Shown here piece after piece: positions 49,963 through 61,000 of a DNA stretch of 64,000 nucleotides (the stretch's first letter is position 1; every line of letters begins with the position of its first letter). The stretch is from the NCBI RefSeq assembly GCF_964355755.1, contig NC_092678.1, positions 6,526,422 through 6,590,421 of the forward strand, written 5' to 3'. A program made the position numbers and the translations under genes. This stretch comes from Antedon mediterranea. Taxonomy: Eukaryota > Animalia > Echinodermata. Under the pieces are notes generated by a model. The model saw nothing but the letters and a program-made list of their open reading frames with translations, was not told where the DNA came from and searched no databases.

Positions 49963-52900
49963 TTTCTTTCTTAGAGTATATTTTTCATTTAGATGTAAGG
50001 CTGAATATGGACAAAAGCCAGTATTTCATTAAAACGTCCTTCAAGAAAATGGCTAACTATGGTTAAATTAACTGTATGGATCAAACTATATTATACTTCT
50101 ATTAGTGCTTGAATGTTCATTAATTTTCTGTACAATATCTGACGAATTTCCTCGTTAAGTTGAACTGAAAACCAACATTGATTAATTTCTAACAGAAGTA
50201 GCGGAGGCCAGCTTTGCAACAAGTTGAATAGTTCTGTTTCCCCTGATCAATCTTAAACGACAATTTATATGATTATTCACCTCGATGTTATTACTTACCT
50301 AGCTGTTATTATTTTCAATGGAAATGTGTTTTATTTTTAGAAAGAGTATTCATTAGCCCTTCTTGTGAAAACTTATTTGCAACGGAAAGATAAATTGGTT
50401 CATTCTTTCAACTGGATGTTAAGCCATTTGTCTATGTTTTTGTAGGCCTACTATATTTTGTGTACTCAAAAACATATAGTATTGTCTTTATCTATGCTAA
50501 TCGTGTAGGTATTACATTGTGGCTACCATGGGTCTGTAGAGGGCCTAATCCGTTGAATTGCCTCAACGTTTGATTTAAACTGCAGACATTTAGTCATCAA
50601 CACTTTCCTCTTGTCTGATTGGTTACATGTCTGCGTTACTATTCTGTGCCGTGAATATTACATTTAAGGTATTGTGAACATGAATGATGGCAAAAGAAAC
50701 ACTGCAGAATAGAATGTGCATCAATTTAATCTATCAACCGGTTTATAGCCATAACATTTTACACCCTCCTGGTAATATGTTGCTTTATTTTGGCACCTTT
50801 TAACCAGTTGGTATCAAATAAAGCTGATCAAACTATTTTTCTATATTACCTCTTGTTTCCCTGTTGATACAACCTGTTTAAATCTATTTTTCCATTGTCA
50901 TTTCAAGTGCAACATGGATCTAGACGCCTCATTGTTCTTAATTGCCTTCATTCTTTTCATTTTATTTTGCTAAATCACTTTTAAATTGTAAACTCTGCAT
51001 TCACTAGTTTAGAACTGATGTGATTAATTACCTTGTCAGGTAATCTAAAGATTTTTTTTTTGTGAACGTATTTGGTACAAAGCATATTAAAAAAAGAAAT
51101 CATTCGCTCAATTGTTAATATTTAGGTTACTGGGATTAAGGCTTATCCTTGATGGGCTTATATTTGACACCATTCATTAAAGTTCAATACTTTTTAGTTT
51201 AAATTGGTTTTTTTTAAACTTTGATTATAAACTTGAAGATCAAAGTTTATGATCAATTATTGTGATATTTTTTTTAATTCATAAAACGTTATTGCTTTGT
51301 TAATTATCAAGATAAAAGATGGTTTTTTAAAATATATTATCTTGGAATGGCCTAATAATGGCCTTATTGCTTGGCATTGGTCCCCAGGGGTTTATGTCCT
51401 AGTTCCTTATGTCAATTTAAAAGAAAACAAAAGAGAAGCGTTTATATCTAAATATTAATTAACCTCTTTGGATCTTTAATTGCTTTTCCAGTAGAAATCA
51501 AAGCCTATCTGGTTAACCTGGCATTAGCCTAGCTTAAGAAGTAGGTCTTGCTCTTAACAGATTTGTCTAGTCTAAAATTATCAATGCTAAAGATCAAAGC
51601 ATGATTCGATCTTGGCTTGGTACTACTTAGTTTGTGATAATCACCCTCCATTCTTTTATACGTGGTGTAATTGTTCTGAGTGGAGATGGGAAAGAACATC
51701 CACCTTGCAATCTTCCACCCACCTTTTTTTTACCTCTCCCATTCAGCTCATTTTCAACATAGCACCTACCCTTTCAGTTTGGTTCTATTTGCGTCACATG
51801 GTTAATTGACTATCTAGGCCTCTGGGTATTATTGTACCAGTCTCATAAAATATTGTTGAAGGATTGGATGTTTGGTAAAAGAACATTGTCAAAGTCTAAG
51901 TATACTTTTGCAAAATAGGACTGATGATAAACCATTGATTCCATTAGCGTTCTGGCAGTCTAAAGAAGTCTCATTGATTACGCGTAGCAGTTGTCAGAGC
52001 CTATTCAATGTCAAACGCAACAGATTAGCTTTACAGCGTTACTAGGGCTACAGGCAATACGTTTGCTTAGCTCACTATCAATTATACTATAGCATTCAGA
52101 TGGCGTATACCAAAGGTCAATGCGTGTGCTACTGAGATGAGTTTTGATTATTAACTAAAGAACACAGTTGAATTTTGATCATAACTTGGTTTTTAATCTA
52201 CTTGTCTTTTCCAGTAATAAGTTTTTTAATATTTAGTCATAATTAAGGAAAATATTTATATAAGAAAATGGTTAGTTAACCTTTAAGAAAAATGAAAATA
52301 TATTTTAAATGAAAATGATTTTATATGTGTAATCAAACCAAAGATTTTTTGCTGAACTAAGGTCAACACAATCGTACTGCTGAAGTTTCTGTACTTGGAA
52401 AAAAATTGCAAATTGTTTAGAATGTAACTCATTAAGTTAATTATATAATGCCATAAAGATGTTCTTCCATGATTTAAATTATTTTCAATTGCATCAGAGA
52501 TACTGTACATGATACATTAATTCTTTTTAAACCACAGCAAAGATAGCTAGACATTTATCTCAACTCACTAGCTTAAATTCCACTATTTCAGCACAAATTT
52601 ACAGCATGATGTGAACTATCGATTTCTGCAAATCTTGAAATGGCTTTGAGCAAAATTATCTTTTAAATTCAAGATCAATATCTATGCTCACTATAAACAT
52701 GTTTAATGTGGTTTAAAAGGTTAGCACCTGCTTTGAAGATATCAAGTCAATGGTTCATATCTTTTTTTATGATCATTAGTTATCTATAAAATACTGCATT
52801 ATATAATTACCGGCAGCATTTATTGTGTTGAACTTAACAATTAAATTAGGACAATCGCTACTAAAATTGTCTATGATTGATTAGATTTGAACATATTTTG

Positions 52901-55150
52901 GCAGATCTGGAATGAAATCGTTTAGAAAATATATTTTAGACAATAAAAACAAAGAAAGACGACACTGATATCTTTTAAAAAAGACAGTCACATAATTCAG
53001 CGGATATACAAAGAGCTTGTATTCAGCAACTTTTTATGTTAAATCTATTTTTTATCGCCAAGATGAATTGTAACCGAATTTAAGAAATATGTTTTACTGT
53101 AAGTGTTTCTAATAAGTGTTCAAGTAAATGACAATTTTTGGTTATCTGCATAAATAAATGCACACATGTGGCAGTTTTCTGCTCCAAATTCAAATTGATC
53201 ACCAGTTACTATTGCTTGCGTTTCCATGGAAATGGTCACTGAGAATAAAGTTTGTATAAAAAAAAAAATTAGATATTAAAAAAAAGCTTACTTCAATTTG
53301 TATATAGTTCTTAATTGAGAAAGAATGAAGACGTGATATTATGGAACATTTGAAATACATTATCAACACAATGTATATATTTTTTTATACTTCATTAGTA
53401 ATTTTACAACATTTGTTTGATTGTCCAGTACTTTCAACTGATAAAATATTTGCTGATTTGCCAGTAGTGGCTACATAAACACATTTATTAGTAACATCAT
53501 TATTTTTCCTACCTTTGTCCAGACATTTTTCTTAAATTTAACAGTATGTTTGCCATGTGTGTTATTAACACCATTTCATGTTAATTTTATGCTGGATTAT
53601 TGTATGTCATGTACAAAATATTAGTAGTTGATGGTTATATCAATGGATTTTACTAAATCTAACAGCTCAGTTCGGTGCCCGCATTATTTTCCCATACGGA
53701 TAGCTTTTATCCGCTATTAATTTATGATTGAATAGTTGTAATTAAAAGATAACGCTTTTATCGTTTTAATGTCGAGATTGACGTAACGACGATGTTCTCT
53801 GGAGAACTGATCAGGAAATTTGACTTCCGATGCGAATCTCGATAGACTATCAAATGTACTATATATTCTGGTACAGTAGTTTAATAGGAACTACTGCTGT
53901 ACATGTATATAATGTACACCTGACCCAACAGCAAGTGTAAAGTTAAACCAGGGAAGAGTGAAATTTTCCTGATTAAAATATTTGTGTATTTAATTCAAAG
54001 CAATGCGAAGATAAAACATTTGGTTATTATTTTACACTTCATTTTACAATTTTCACACCTCGTCTACTCCCCTCCCCCCCCCCCCCCCTATTTTAAATTC
54101 CTGAATTCATCACCAATGCGACCAGATCATTTGAATCTTGGGGAAAGTCCCAGCTAACCCAACAACCCTCTAGGAATTTATTGTTCATAAAACATATTAA
54201 TTTTAGATGTTGTATATTAAAATCATATTGTTTGTTGTAAATGTTGGTACCACAAATTGTGTTTGTAAATTGAGCACTTGTATTTGGAAAGTGTTACTGT
54301 AGCAAAGCTTTTTCTCTTCATATTTCCGTTCTTATGACAGTAATGAAATATGACATCTACAAATGCCTAATAATTACCCTTTCTACCCTCTGTAATTTGT
54401 TGGGACAAACAAAACCGTTCTTCGTCCCAAACATCTTAATTTATCCATTTTATCTGGCATCAGTCTATTACAATTCTAATCTCTTCATCTGTGACAATCT
54501 ATTTTAAATTTTCTCTCACGCAATTGTCATACGAATGAATGAATGTTATTTAAAGCCTAATTTTCCAGCTGTAACAGTAAGTCAGTGTTCTGATATTTAT
54601 ACTACTGTATATTCTAGCCTACAGAAAAAGGTCAGTGAATCTGTTGCTATAGGCTGTTTAAAAGCAGAAATCAACGTTTCGCTAATAGCTTAATTTCGGC
54701 CTAGATATTTACAAACTGTTTTGCTGTACCCTGCTGGATTAGGTCGATAATTACGAGTGTTTTAAACGGTAATACTTGACGAAACCCTTGATATGGGTCA
54801 CAATCTGATCGACACATGTTCTGGAGGCCTGCTGTGTTTTTTCTAATGGTGTACAGTTAACATCAGGGTAATGTTAGTAGCTGGAGAATGTTGGATTTGA
54901 TGAGGAGATAGCTGATTGTGTGTTATTTCACAGCTGTTTATCAGTTTAATCATAATTGCTAATGTTGTGGTTATTATGTTAAAAGTCATATGTTGCAAGA
55001 CGTAAGCAATAAACATGACATGGTAGTGCATTGAGTATTACCACATTTACCAAATTTGACAATCCATAGATATTTTTGTGGTAGCTTTGCATATAAATGG
55101 TTTTCCAACATGAATTACCGTTTTTATAATTGTTTAAGCACTCCACTGTA

Positions 55151-55420
55151 CTATGGACCTATGATTCTATGGACCTATGATTCTATGGACCTATGATTCT
55201 ATGGACCTATTATTCTATGAACCTACTGTATGATTCTATGGACCTATGATTCTATGGACCTATTATTCTATGAACCTACTGTATGATTCTATGGACCTAT
55301 GATTCTATGGATCTATTATTCTATGAACCTACTGTATGATTCTATGGACCTATGATTCTATGGACCTATTATTCTATGAACCTACTGTATGATTCTATGG
55401 ACCTATGACTCTATGGACCT
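55151..55420. repeat. 16-bp minisatellite with a 53-bp higher-order repeat
   Basis: Monomer ctatggacctatgatt; the variant marker actgta occurs at 55225, 55278, 55331 and 55384 (16+16+21 = 53). Confidence 0.95.
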
Positions 55421-56176
55421 TTGCATATAGTAATATAGTTATTCTTTATTATGTACATTTACTGTACACCAGACCAACAGCTAAACATCCTAAATGAAGG
55501 GTGATGCTATGAGAGTAAAGCATCTAGCCTAGCACAGTTATCATTGCATGATATGAAATATAAATTATATTAAATTTGACTAATCATTTATGAGAAAGTT
55601 ATTGATATATGAGACCCTAACCAGCACATGACCTAGTTACTATAAAAAAATATTATTTAATTGTTTTTCAAATTAAATTGCAGCTGTTTAAAGCAACAAC
55701 TTTGATAGCACAAAAGCTGTTAATGTTAAAATCCAATTGGCACAAGATAACTGCTAGAGAAATGAGTGCATCGTGTGAAAATGATTTATAGGTCGTTCAT
55801 CAAACTCTCTCACAGTATATAGTATTCGGACGCGTTATATTATATATTAAAGCAATTATTAGTATTGGTAACTATGGTTTCGCATGCTAAATGAGCTTTA
55901 TAAGATAAGTATTATTTGGATTTCTGGACACATGAACATATGGATAATTATACATTGTCTAAATTATGTTACGATCATCCATCTTGCTCTATCAGTTTAT
56001 AGAATTCGTAGACATTAAATTATATATTACGGTGATTATTATCATTAGTTACCATGGTAATATGTTTATGAGAAGTTTTATTTACATTTTCTGTACACAT
56101 GAATATACAACGTAGGCAGACAGTATATATTACTTAACTACTGACATTACTGTACTATGGCTGTGCATATGAGAGT

Positions 56177-56305
56177 GCAATAGAACCCCTTTTAAAGGGT
56201 TTTATTGCACTCTCATGAATAGGGCTGGATATAGTGTTATTAACATGTATTTCTCCTTGTTCGTTTCACTGAAAAGTTGGATGTTCCCAATGAGGTTTTA
56301 CTTTT
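56177..56305 (-). mobile_element. Decayed MITE family A copy
   Basis: caatagaacccctt ... tgaatagggctggatatagtgttattaacatgtatttc ... gaggttttact. Confidence 0.55.
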
Positions 56306-56990
56306 TTATTTCCTGACACAGTATAACAAATTATATGGTTTTATAACCCCTACTGTTACAACCTACGAAATATCCTTAAACCTAGGCCTAGCTTGTTTTT
56401 TCCACTAATAGCTCTTTACAACAGGTTTGACTCTTAAAACTTAAATATTTAATGTTAAATGATGTAGTTTTTATATTTTTATTTCATCTATGATTTATAA
56501 CTTGTTTCAGTGCTTCCTAATTAAATATTAATTTATTATTTTAGAATTGTAAATGAGTATAAATTGATTATTCTCACTCACCAGGTACTGTATGTCTGAC
56601 TATAAATAGCACAATATTATTTATGGATTTATATATCATACATATTTAATCATTTAAGAGCGATTGCAAGTGCAAAATATAATATTTTATTTATTTGCGG
56701 AGTCCTTGAATTATCAAAGTGTACCTATTACGTGACCCTTACGAAGTAAGAGTAGAATAATTGGTTTCGGAAACTTGAAAGAAATGAAATATTTATACTT
56801 ATTTTACATAGTGTGGGATTATACCATAATACTGTATATAAAAAAGGTCAGGTAAATGTCTTATATATTGTGAATGAATCGCTATTTCTGTTTTTGGCTT
56901 CAATTCAAACCAATGTGGCTGTATCTTCCTTAACCGTTCCTTGCTGGATCTGTGGGTTCACAAATAGTAAATGCGCTATGTTACTTCTTA

Positions 56991-57150
56991 AGCGTGGTTC
57001 CCACTAGCGACGCAACGCAAGAACGTAACGCAACGCAAGTGAATTGACCAATCACAAGCGATGGCTTATTTGCTTGTGATTGCTAACTGTCTATAACTTT
57101 GCTTGTCATTGGTTACGTCCGTTGCCTTACGTTCTAGTGGGAACCAAGCT
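56991..57150. mobile_element. 160-bp PIF/Harbinger-type MITE
   Basis: TIR agcgtggttcccactag / ctagtgggaaccaagct; (aacgc/aacgt)n subterminal repeats; TWA-like flanks that are not an exact duplicate. Confidence 0.85.
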
Positions 57151-57626
57151 TACGTCCATACATGAATATTACCAATCACTATCTATCGTTAGTTCCACCT
57201 TTATAATTGGAATGATCACTTACTTCTGTACCTGTGTGACGAGAAATCTTCAAATTATGTGCCAAAATAGAGGCTCACTAAACGCACAGATTACTGTGCT
57301 ATTTGCCAGAGCTTTTCAAAGCTAAATTATATATCGTTTTATGTAGTTATGTAATCTGTCTCTTATACTAAAAGCATTACTCTAGCGGTTTATAACCTTT
57401 TCAGCCTGTTCAACCATCAACCATTTACTGTTTATATTATATACTTAAATATGCATTGAAAAGGGATGTTTTATCATCAGTTAATCCAGTGCACATTATT
57501 GTCTTTGTATTATGTTTGAACTTTTTCATGTTGAAGAATAAAGATCTTTCAAACTCAACATCACTTTTGGCATAACATAATAAACAGTCATCTTGGTACA
57601 GACTAATAAATTCTAACGCTGGATGT

Positions 57627-58866
57627 CAGGGCATCATTTATAAGGAGCGCCTGCGCGACCGCGCTCCTCCGCGCTCCTCAACAGGCTTCGAGGAGAGCAA
57701 TTTATCGCGCTCCCTAATTTTCAAAATAGAGCCTAGCTTTTGACAGTGTTGATTTTTCTGTCAAGAGGCCTAAAAACACGTGGTTTTTTAAAAGTTAAAA
57801 CCAATCTAGGCCTACTAGGCTAATAGTATATAAGCTAAGTTATAAAGCTACAAGCCTAATGGCAGTCCCTCGTTTTTAAGGATCGCGAGCGCGATCGCAA
57901 TCAACAACCTTCGAAAAGGAGAGCAATTCATCGCGCTCCATCTCACAGTACAGTGCGAGGTACCAACAAAGGGGATTCCCCTGCCTGCGCGCATTCAAGG
58001 GCGAGTTTACTTCATCGCCTCATAGTGCAACCAGTACGGTGTCATAGAAACACCTCCTTTACAGGAAGATCATGTCCCAACCAATAATTTTTCCCTTTAT
58101 GTTTTTATGGAACGAGTTAATAAAATATATTTAATTTTAAAAGGAAACATTAATATAGGAGGCCTAAATATAATGTTTATTATTTAAAAAAGCTTAGCTG
58201 CTGGTTGCTTTAATTATGTCATTTTGAAGATGGATTATTTCTTCGAAAGTTCTAACCAATTTTGGTCACTCAAATCCTCCTCAAAACACGTGCTGATGTG
58301 TGACGTCAGCATCTTCTAGAAACTCTCTCAGCCCTCCCCCTATTGTGCGTGCGCCCATGTGTGACACATGTAAACACGATCAAATATCTTTCTTAATTAT
58401 TTTAAAATGACACTTTGTAACTTATTATCAATATTTTAATGGCTGTTGCATGTTAGAATTGTATAATTTATGAATTGCAGGTAAATACTTTTCAGGTTTT
58501 CTGTCTGATTTCTAGGCCAACAAGCTAGGCTAGAAAAGCTAGGCTAAAGGCATATAGTTGGCCAGGACAGGATTCTCCAGGCTCCTGAAACCCAATCTAC
58601 CCAGGCAGGCCATAAAAAAAAAAATTGGCTTGAGTTTTTTGTACTGTAGAATAATACGATCCCCACGGAAAATATTGTGTGTAAAGGTGGGTGTGGGGGA
58701 TTTTAGGGGAGAGGTACAGACAGTATACATTTGTTGTTCCCGGCGGGGGGGGGGGGGGGGAAATGTGTACGATTTAAAATTTTTGCAAGGAGAGCGAATT
58801 GCTCTCCTCGGTGATTTGAGGAGAGCGATTTGTTGCTCTCCTGGGTTTTGCATACGTGATGCCCTG
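57627..58866. mobile_element. hAT-like MITE, 1240 bp, with a 6-bp TSD
   Basis: TIR cagggcatca / tgatgccctg (13/15 when extended); GGATGT immediately outside both ends (57621-26, 58867-72); subterminal ggagagc..t...gct(c)tcc repeats at both ends. Confidence 0.92.
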
Positions 58867-59661
58867 GGATGTTTTAGATAGTACTGGCTGATGTCTGGTG
58901 TCTTTGATTGAAATTGTTAGCAACTTGGAACTACTGGCACCAGAGAACTGAATTATCATTGCACGTAACCGATACCCATTTCACATTAATATTAAACTCT
59001 GGAGTACATGTATCTTGACGTACCATTGACATTGACTAAGAAATATGATCAAGAGGTCCTAATCACATCAATGCTACAGTACTGGAGCACAGTAAAAATC
59101 AAATGTTTATAGTATTTTAAATGCAATTAAATAATATATGTTCAGCTAAAAGTGACCTTTTAACTCTAAAAGACGGTTCACATACTACAGTATAGGTGAT
59201 GTGAAAGGGGTATTAATTATTATACTGGCAGCACATGTATGTTTCACATACTCTAGACATATACTGCACATACATATAAATGAAAACAAGCTCTTGCACA
59301 TAACTTTACAGACAAGTTTAACGAATTGTAACTAATTAATCAACTGTGCTATTTTGCATAAATCCATTTTCGATTCTGTTTTGAAATCATCAGTGGTTTC
59401 ACGCAGTCAATTCTTCCTGCGATAACTCATTAGACAGGTAAATCAGTTTGACATATAAAGCTGCACATGCAAGTGTCACATATGATGGATAGCTTTCTAT
59501 ACTCAATATATATACTGGTTGTACACAGTTACTTCATGTGAATACGTAACACATACAATACACTATAGTGATGCTTTCTAACAAATATAAAATTGGTGTT
59601 TGTCTTAAAATGTGTTATTTTTGCTGCCAACATTTAAAAAGTATATCTACCCTATGTAACA

Positions 59662-59832
59662 CAGTTGAACCCCTATTAAGGGGACACCTTCAGGACCTAA
59701 CAAAGTGTCCTCTTAATTGAGGTGTCCCTTGAAAAGGGGTCACCTTTTATAGCATTAAAGAGTACTGTCTGTATATTTCCTGTTGTTCATTCATTTCCTG
59801 TGTCTCCTTAATAGAGCACAGGGGTTCTGCTG
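59662..59832 (-). mobile_element. MITE family A, apparently complete 171-bp copy
   Basis: cagttgaacccctattaaggggacacc ... tgtctccttaatagagcacaggggttctgctg-TA. Confidence 0.8.
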
Positions 59833-60624
59833 TAACAACAATGGAATAGATTATATATTTCAAGAAATAATACATAATTGAATACATGACATGCAAATCG
59901 ATATCAAATTTTATCTTGTGAAAACACAACTAACATTGTCATTTTCACAGATTACCATTTTGTATTGATATTTAAATAGGTTATATATTGTATCTATATC
60001 TGTTGATCATGTGACTTCACAGTTTTGACATTTAATCTTGTCTATTTTTTGTTCACATTTGGAATAATAGTTTGACATTTTAAAGTCGATAGCATAAATT
60101 ACATCAGATGTAAAAAATGGACATGAGAATAAACATGTGTTTCATGCTTTAGTTTAGTTTATAACTACGTTAGTTTGTTATTACTTTAAGTAGAAACGAA
60201 GAGCAACCTATTTCATGTTCACCTTTCTACCCATCATTAGAGATGGAGTTTATAACAAGTAGAGTAGATCTAATGGAGTTACTGTTTTTAGACAAATCAA
60301 AGTCGATATCAACTCTGCAATAGCAATATAATGTTTGTAATGTGTTTGTAGAAATATGGCCTGGTTTTGCTATTCTAGGGTACATAGTTTGATTAGTTTT
60401 TTGTCCTCAAAGCCTGCTATGTATGTAAGTTAGCTATAAATGTCATTTACCTATGACTTGTTTCTAGCCCGAATGAATAATTAAAACTACATGCTTGGAA
60501 ACTGAGCCGTGTGTAAATGGCATAAGGTTTTCATTAAGGAATGCCAAGACAGATTGGTTTATAACCAACATTTCTAAGAATAAAATGTTTCTTTCATCTC
60601 ATCCATCTATTTGAACCTCTTCAA

Positions 60625-61000
60625 ACAGAACTAGAGAGTTGTTGTTTTTCGTGTTTACTTGACATTCCATAACTGGAGAGTTTCTTCTTTATTGTTTCCA
60701 TTAGTAATTCTCATCCCATTTGATTTTATCTTATCATTTTATCAGAATTGGAGATTTGCTTCTACTTTGTTTCCAGTTGGTAATTCACATCACATTCCAT
60801 TTATCTTCTTCAGCATAACTGAAGAGTTTCTTCTTTTTTGATTCCATTGGTAATTCTTTTGTTTTCATTGGTAATTCAATCTTTTTCAACAGAACTGGAA
60901 AATCGCACCTTTCTTCATCCATTGTTAATTCGCATCCTTTTCCATTTTATCTTCTTTCACTTTTTGCCATTTGGTAATGTGCATCATTCAATTCTTCTTC
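60625..61000. repeat. Old degenerate tandem repeat, about 70-75-bp unit
   Basis: aa(c/t)tg(g/a)aga...tcca(t/g)t(a/g)gtaattc recurs at about 60671, 60746, 60817 and 60893. Confidence 0.7.

Noticed and set aside
53798-53820. ggagaactgatcagg, reminiscent of miR-184 (and gagaccctaac at about 55611, reminiscent of miR-125)
   Set aside because: The seed regions are incomplete and I see no precursor hairpin.
58539-58959. Overlapping ~100-aa ORFs (likewise 35256-35664 and 21393-21608)
   Set aside because: They fall in GC-richer MITE subterminal repeats and show no transposase or other domain motifs.
59360-59400. Minus-strand CTGATGA...GAAA hammerhead-like words (also CTGATGA at about 26732 and 63488)
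   Set aside because: Stem III, the NUH cleavage triplet or GAAA is missing in each case.
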